A stretch of DNA of 6,820 nt. Source: a virus. Taxonomy: Duplodnaviria > Heunggongvirae > Uroviricota > Caudoviricetes. Each line of letters opens with the position of its first letter. The first letter of the stretch is position 1. The position numbers and the translations under genes were made by a program. Positions 4,679-6,820 of the stretch are shown here, piece after piece. Where the stretch lies: positions 1 to 6,820 of IMG/VR virus record IMGVR_UViG_2675903433_000007, one strand, 5' to 3'. The notes below the pieces were generated by a model. It did not search any database, was not told the origin of the DNA, and was given only the letters and a program-made list of their open reading frames with translations.

Positions 4679-6820
4679 TCAATCTTTATCGTAAAAACTG
4701 CCACGCCCGGCACGGGCGCGCCGTTCCATTTCTGCCCTGACCATTTCACCGACCAGTTTCGCCAGTTCGCGGGGATTCTGTGTAACAACGTTATGCAGAT
4801 GAACATGAATTTCACCGCCAAATCCGGAGGCAACAGGCTCCCGGTTACGGGAAGTTGCAGGAACTGATGCCACTGGCGATCGTATGGCCTCTGCCACCGG
4901 GCGGGAGCTGGCCGCAACAACAGGGACCAGCGCCGGAGGCAGCGGAGCCGGAACCACAGGTGTGATATTAATTGCGGGGGCAGGCTTACTGACCTGCGCA
5001 ATCTTCCGCTCCTGCCACTCCCCACGAACGGCAAGTGCGCGGGGCAGGTTCTTAAAGACAATATCGCCGGGGCCAATACGTTTTTTCGTCTCATCAACCA
5101 GCTTACCTGTGTTATCAGCAATTTTGCTGAGTCTGCGTAGTGTACCGGTATTGCTGTCTGTGAGCGGTTTGTTGTCTTTGGGTTTATCACCTCCGGTGCC
5201 ATTGCCATTTTCCACAGGCTTCGGCGGATTGATTTTCGCAAGGTCCCCCTGAAGCAAGGCAACCTTGTCCTGAAGAATGGCCGCACGCTGTGCGTCTTCG
5301 ATTTTCTTGCGCGCCCTTTCCGCTTCATCCGGAAGCACACCGAGCTTTTCAAGTATCCACGCCAGCGTATCCAGCAACATTTTTGCAGGTGTCAGAACAA
5401 GTTGTAACGCACCGCCAAGAACGTTACCGAATGTCTCGCCAGCACTGGTACATTTATCCAGCGTTTCCTTGCTGGACTCCATCGGTGACAGCAGCGATTT
5501 AAACCAGTTAAACACCTGGCTGATCCCACTCCCGATTGCGTCAAAAACAGGACCAAACCGTTCAAAGGTTTCGCGCAACGGGGTCAGCCTTTCCATAATC
5601 CCGCTGAACACCCCGGCAAAAAATGCCCTGATGGGATCCCAGTATTTCCAGATAAGAACGGCAGCTCCGGCAAGCGCAGCCACGATAAGACCAACCGGAC
5701 TGAACAACGCCCCGATAGCGCCTCCCAGTAAAGAAACGGAACCCGTCACCATTCCCCATAGTGCTGGCAGAACCCTGACAGCATTCATTGATCCGGTCAG
5801 GAGGGAAAAACCAAGACGCAGTTTTGCCAGCGGGCCAGCAAGCACACCAATAGCCAGCGACAACGAGCCAACCGTTGCAGTCACTGCCAGCAGTGCACCG
5901 CCTGCAATCAGTAGCTGGCGCGTCAGTGCGGGATGGGCCTGCGCCAGCGCCGTCACCTTTGATACCACACGCGTGAGCCACTGCGTGACAGAACGCAGCG
6001 GACCGTCAATCAGATCTGCAATGCGGATGCGCAACCCTTCCCATGCACTGCTGAGTGATTTCAGATCGCCGTCAAGGTTGTTGGCCATAACCTTTGCCGT
6101 GCGTTCAGCCTCACCGCGCGCGCCTTCAAGTTCTTTTCTCAGTTTGGGTAAGGAGCCGTCACCTGCCGCATCAACGAGGGCCATAAATGATGTGAAAGCC
6201 TCTTCTCCGGCAATGTCCTTAAAGAACGATACCCGGTCAACTTCCCCGTATTTGCGGGTGGCTTTATAAAGATCGGCCAGCACATCCTCCATCGGGCGCA
6301 TTTTGCCGTTCGCGTCAGAGACTGCCACACCAAGCTCTTTCAGCGCCTCTGCTGCTGCCTTTGGCGGTGATGCCAGACGAGCCAGGCTGGCACGCATTGC
6401 CGTCCCGGCATCACTCCCTCTGATACCCATATTCGCCAGCACGCCCGCCATCGCTGCGGCCTGCTCCAGCGATATTCCCAGCTGACCCGCCACCGGACCT
6501 GCATATTTCATGGTTTCGCCCAGTGCGCGAAGGTCAGTGTTGGTACGGGTAAATGCTGCGGTGAGCGTGTCGCCAACCCGGTCCATCTGGTCAGCAGAAA
6601 GGCCGAACTGCGTCAGGATATTTGAGCCAATATCCGCCGTCTCGCCGAGATCCATGCCGCCAGCCGTTGCCATGCTCAGCACGCCCGGAAGCGCAGCCTG
6701 AATGGCCTGCGGAGTGAAGCCAGCCATTGCAAGAAATGCCTGCCCACTGGCGGCATCGCCTGCGGTGAACTGCGTTTCAGAGCCAAGTTTTAACGCCTGC
6801 TCACGCAGCGCCTTAAACTG
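4679..6820 (-). CDS. Phage tail tape-measure protein (P2 gpT-like), C-terminal about 714 aa; N-terminus lies beyond the window end
   Basis: The - strand frame is open from the window edge (…QFKALREQALKLGSETQFTAGDAASGQAFLAMAGFTPQ…) to the stop at 4679-4681. It is a long Ala/Gly/Leu-rich protein with a central hydrophobic block (LLIAGGALLAVTATVGSLSLAIGVLAGPL…), typical of tape-measure proteins, and sits immediately upstream of the gpU-like gene as in P2 T-U. Confidence 0.8.
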   Translation of the reverse strand, partial: QFKALREQALKLGSETQFTAGDAASGQAFLAMAGFTPQAIQAALPGVLSMATAGGMDLGETADIGSNILTQFGLSADQMDRVGDTLTAAFTRTNTDLRALGETMKYAGPVAGQLGISLEQAAAMAGVLANMGIRGSDAGTAMRASLARLASPPKAAAEALKELGVAVSDANGKMRPMEDVLADLYKATRKYGEVDRVSFFKDIAGEEAFTSFMALVDAAGDGSLPKLRKELEGARGEAERTAKVMANNLDGDLKSLSSAWEGLRIRIADLIDGPLRSVTQWLTRVVSKVTALAQAHPALTRQLLIAGGALLAVTATVGSLSLAIGVLAGPLAKLRLGFSLLTGSMNAVRVLPALWGMVTGSVSLLGGAIGALFSPVGLIVAALAGAAVLIWKYWDPIRAFFAGVFSGIMERLTPLRETFERFGPVFDAIGSGISQVFNWFKSLLSPMESSKETLDKCTSAGETFGNVLGGALQLVLTPAKMLLDTLAWILEKLGVLPDEAERARKKIEDAQRAAILQDKVALLQGDLAKINPPKPVENGNGTGGDKPKDNKPLTDSNTGTLRRLSKIADNTGKLVDETKKRIGPGDIVFKNLPRALAVRGEWQERKIAQVSKPAPAINITPVVPAPLPPALVPVVAASSRPVAEAIRSPVASVPATSRNREPVASGFGGEIHVHLHNVVTQNPRELAKLVGEMVRAEMERRARAGRGSFYDKD

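Noticed and set aside
4663-6269. Long alternative-frame ORFs inside the tape-measure gene (229 aa -, 330 aa +, 122 aa +, 139 aa -)
   Set aside because: The tape-measure region is GC-rich, which produces long stop-free alternative frames. Their translations are Ser/Arg/Pro/Ala-rich low complexity, and the tape-measure frame is the one with protein-like composition and correct synteny with gpU.
1-6820. CRISPR arrays, tRNA or rRNA genes, IS elements or transposases
   Set aside because: No regularly spaced direct repeats, tRNA-like structure or transposase-like ORF was seen. The only recombinase is the serine invertase, and the only tandem repeat is the 33-bp duplication inside it.

Overview
This window looks like part of a P2-like phage (or phage-tail-like) tail/baseplate cluster carrying a Gin/Pin/Cin/Hin-type tail-fiber inversion switch. 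On the + strand: the 3' end of a baseplate J-like gene, a gpI-like tail protein, a tail fiber gene whose N-terminal constant part is fused to one variable tip, and its tail-fiber assembly chaperone. On the - strand inside the same segment: a second chaperone and a promoterless alternative fiber tip. The segment (about 1527-3451) is bounded by two inverted 26-bp crossover sites sharing a perfect 15-bp inverted repeat, with reading frame preserved across the junction. A serine DNA invertase gene (3519-4151, +) follows and carries a perfect in-frame 33-bp tandem duplication in the linker/arm before its DNA-binding domain. It ends in a hairpin shared with convergent - strand genes for a gpU-like tail protein and a tape-measure protein that runs off the window. 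The most interesting points are the invertase duplication, the non-P2 convergent synteny with no gpD, and the AT-rich composition of the invertible cassette. All calls are from reading the sequence and ORF translations against remembered protein families; no searches were run.
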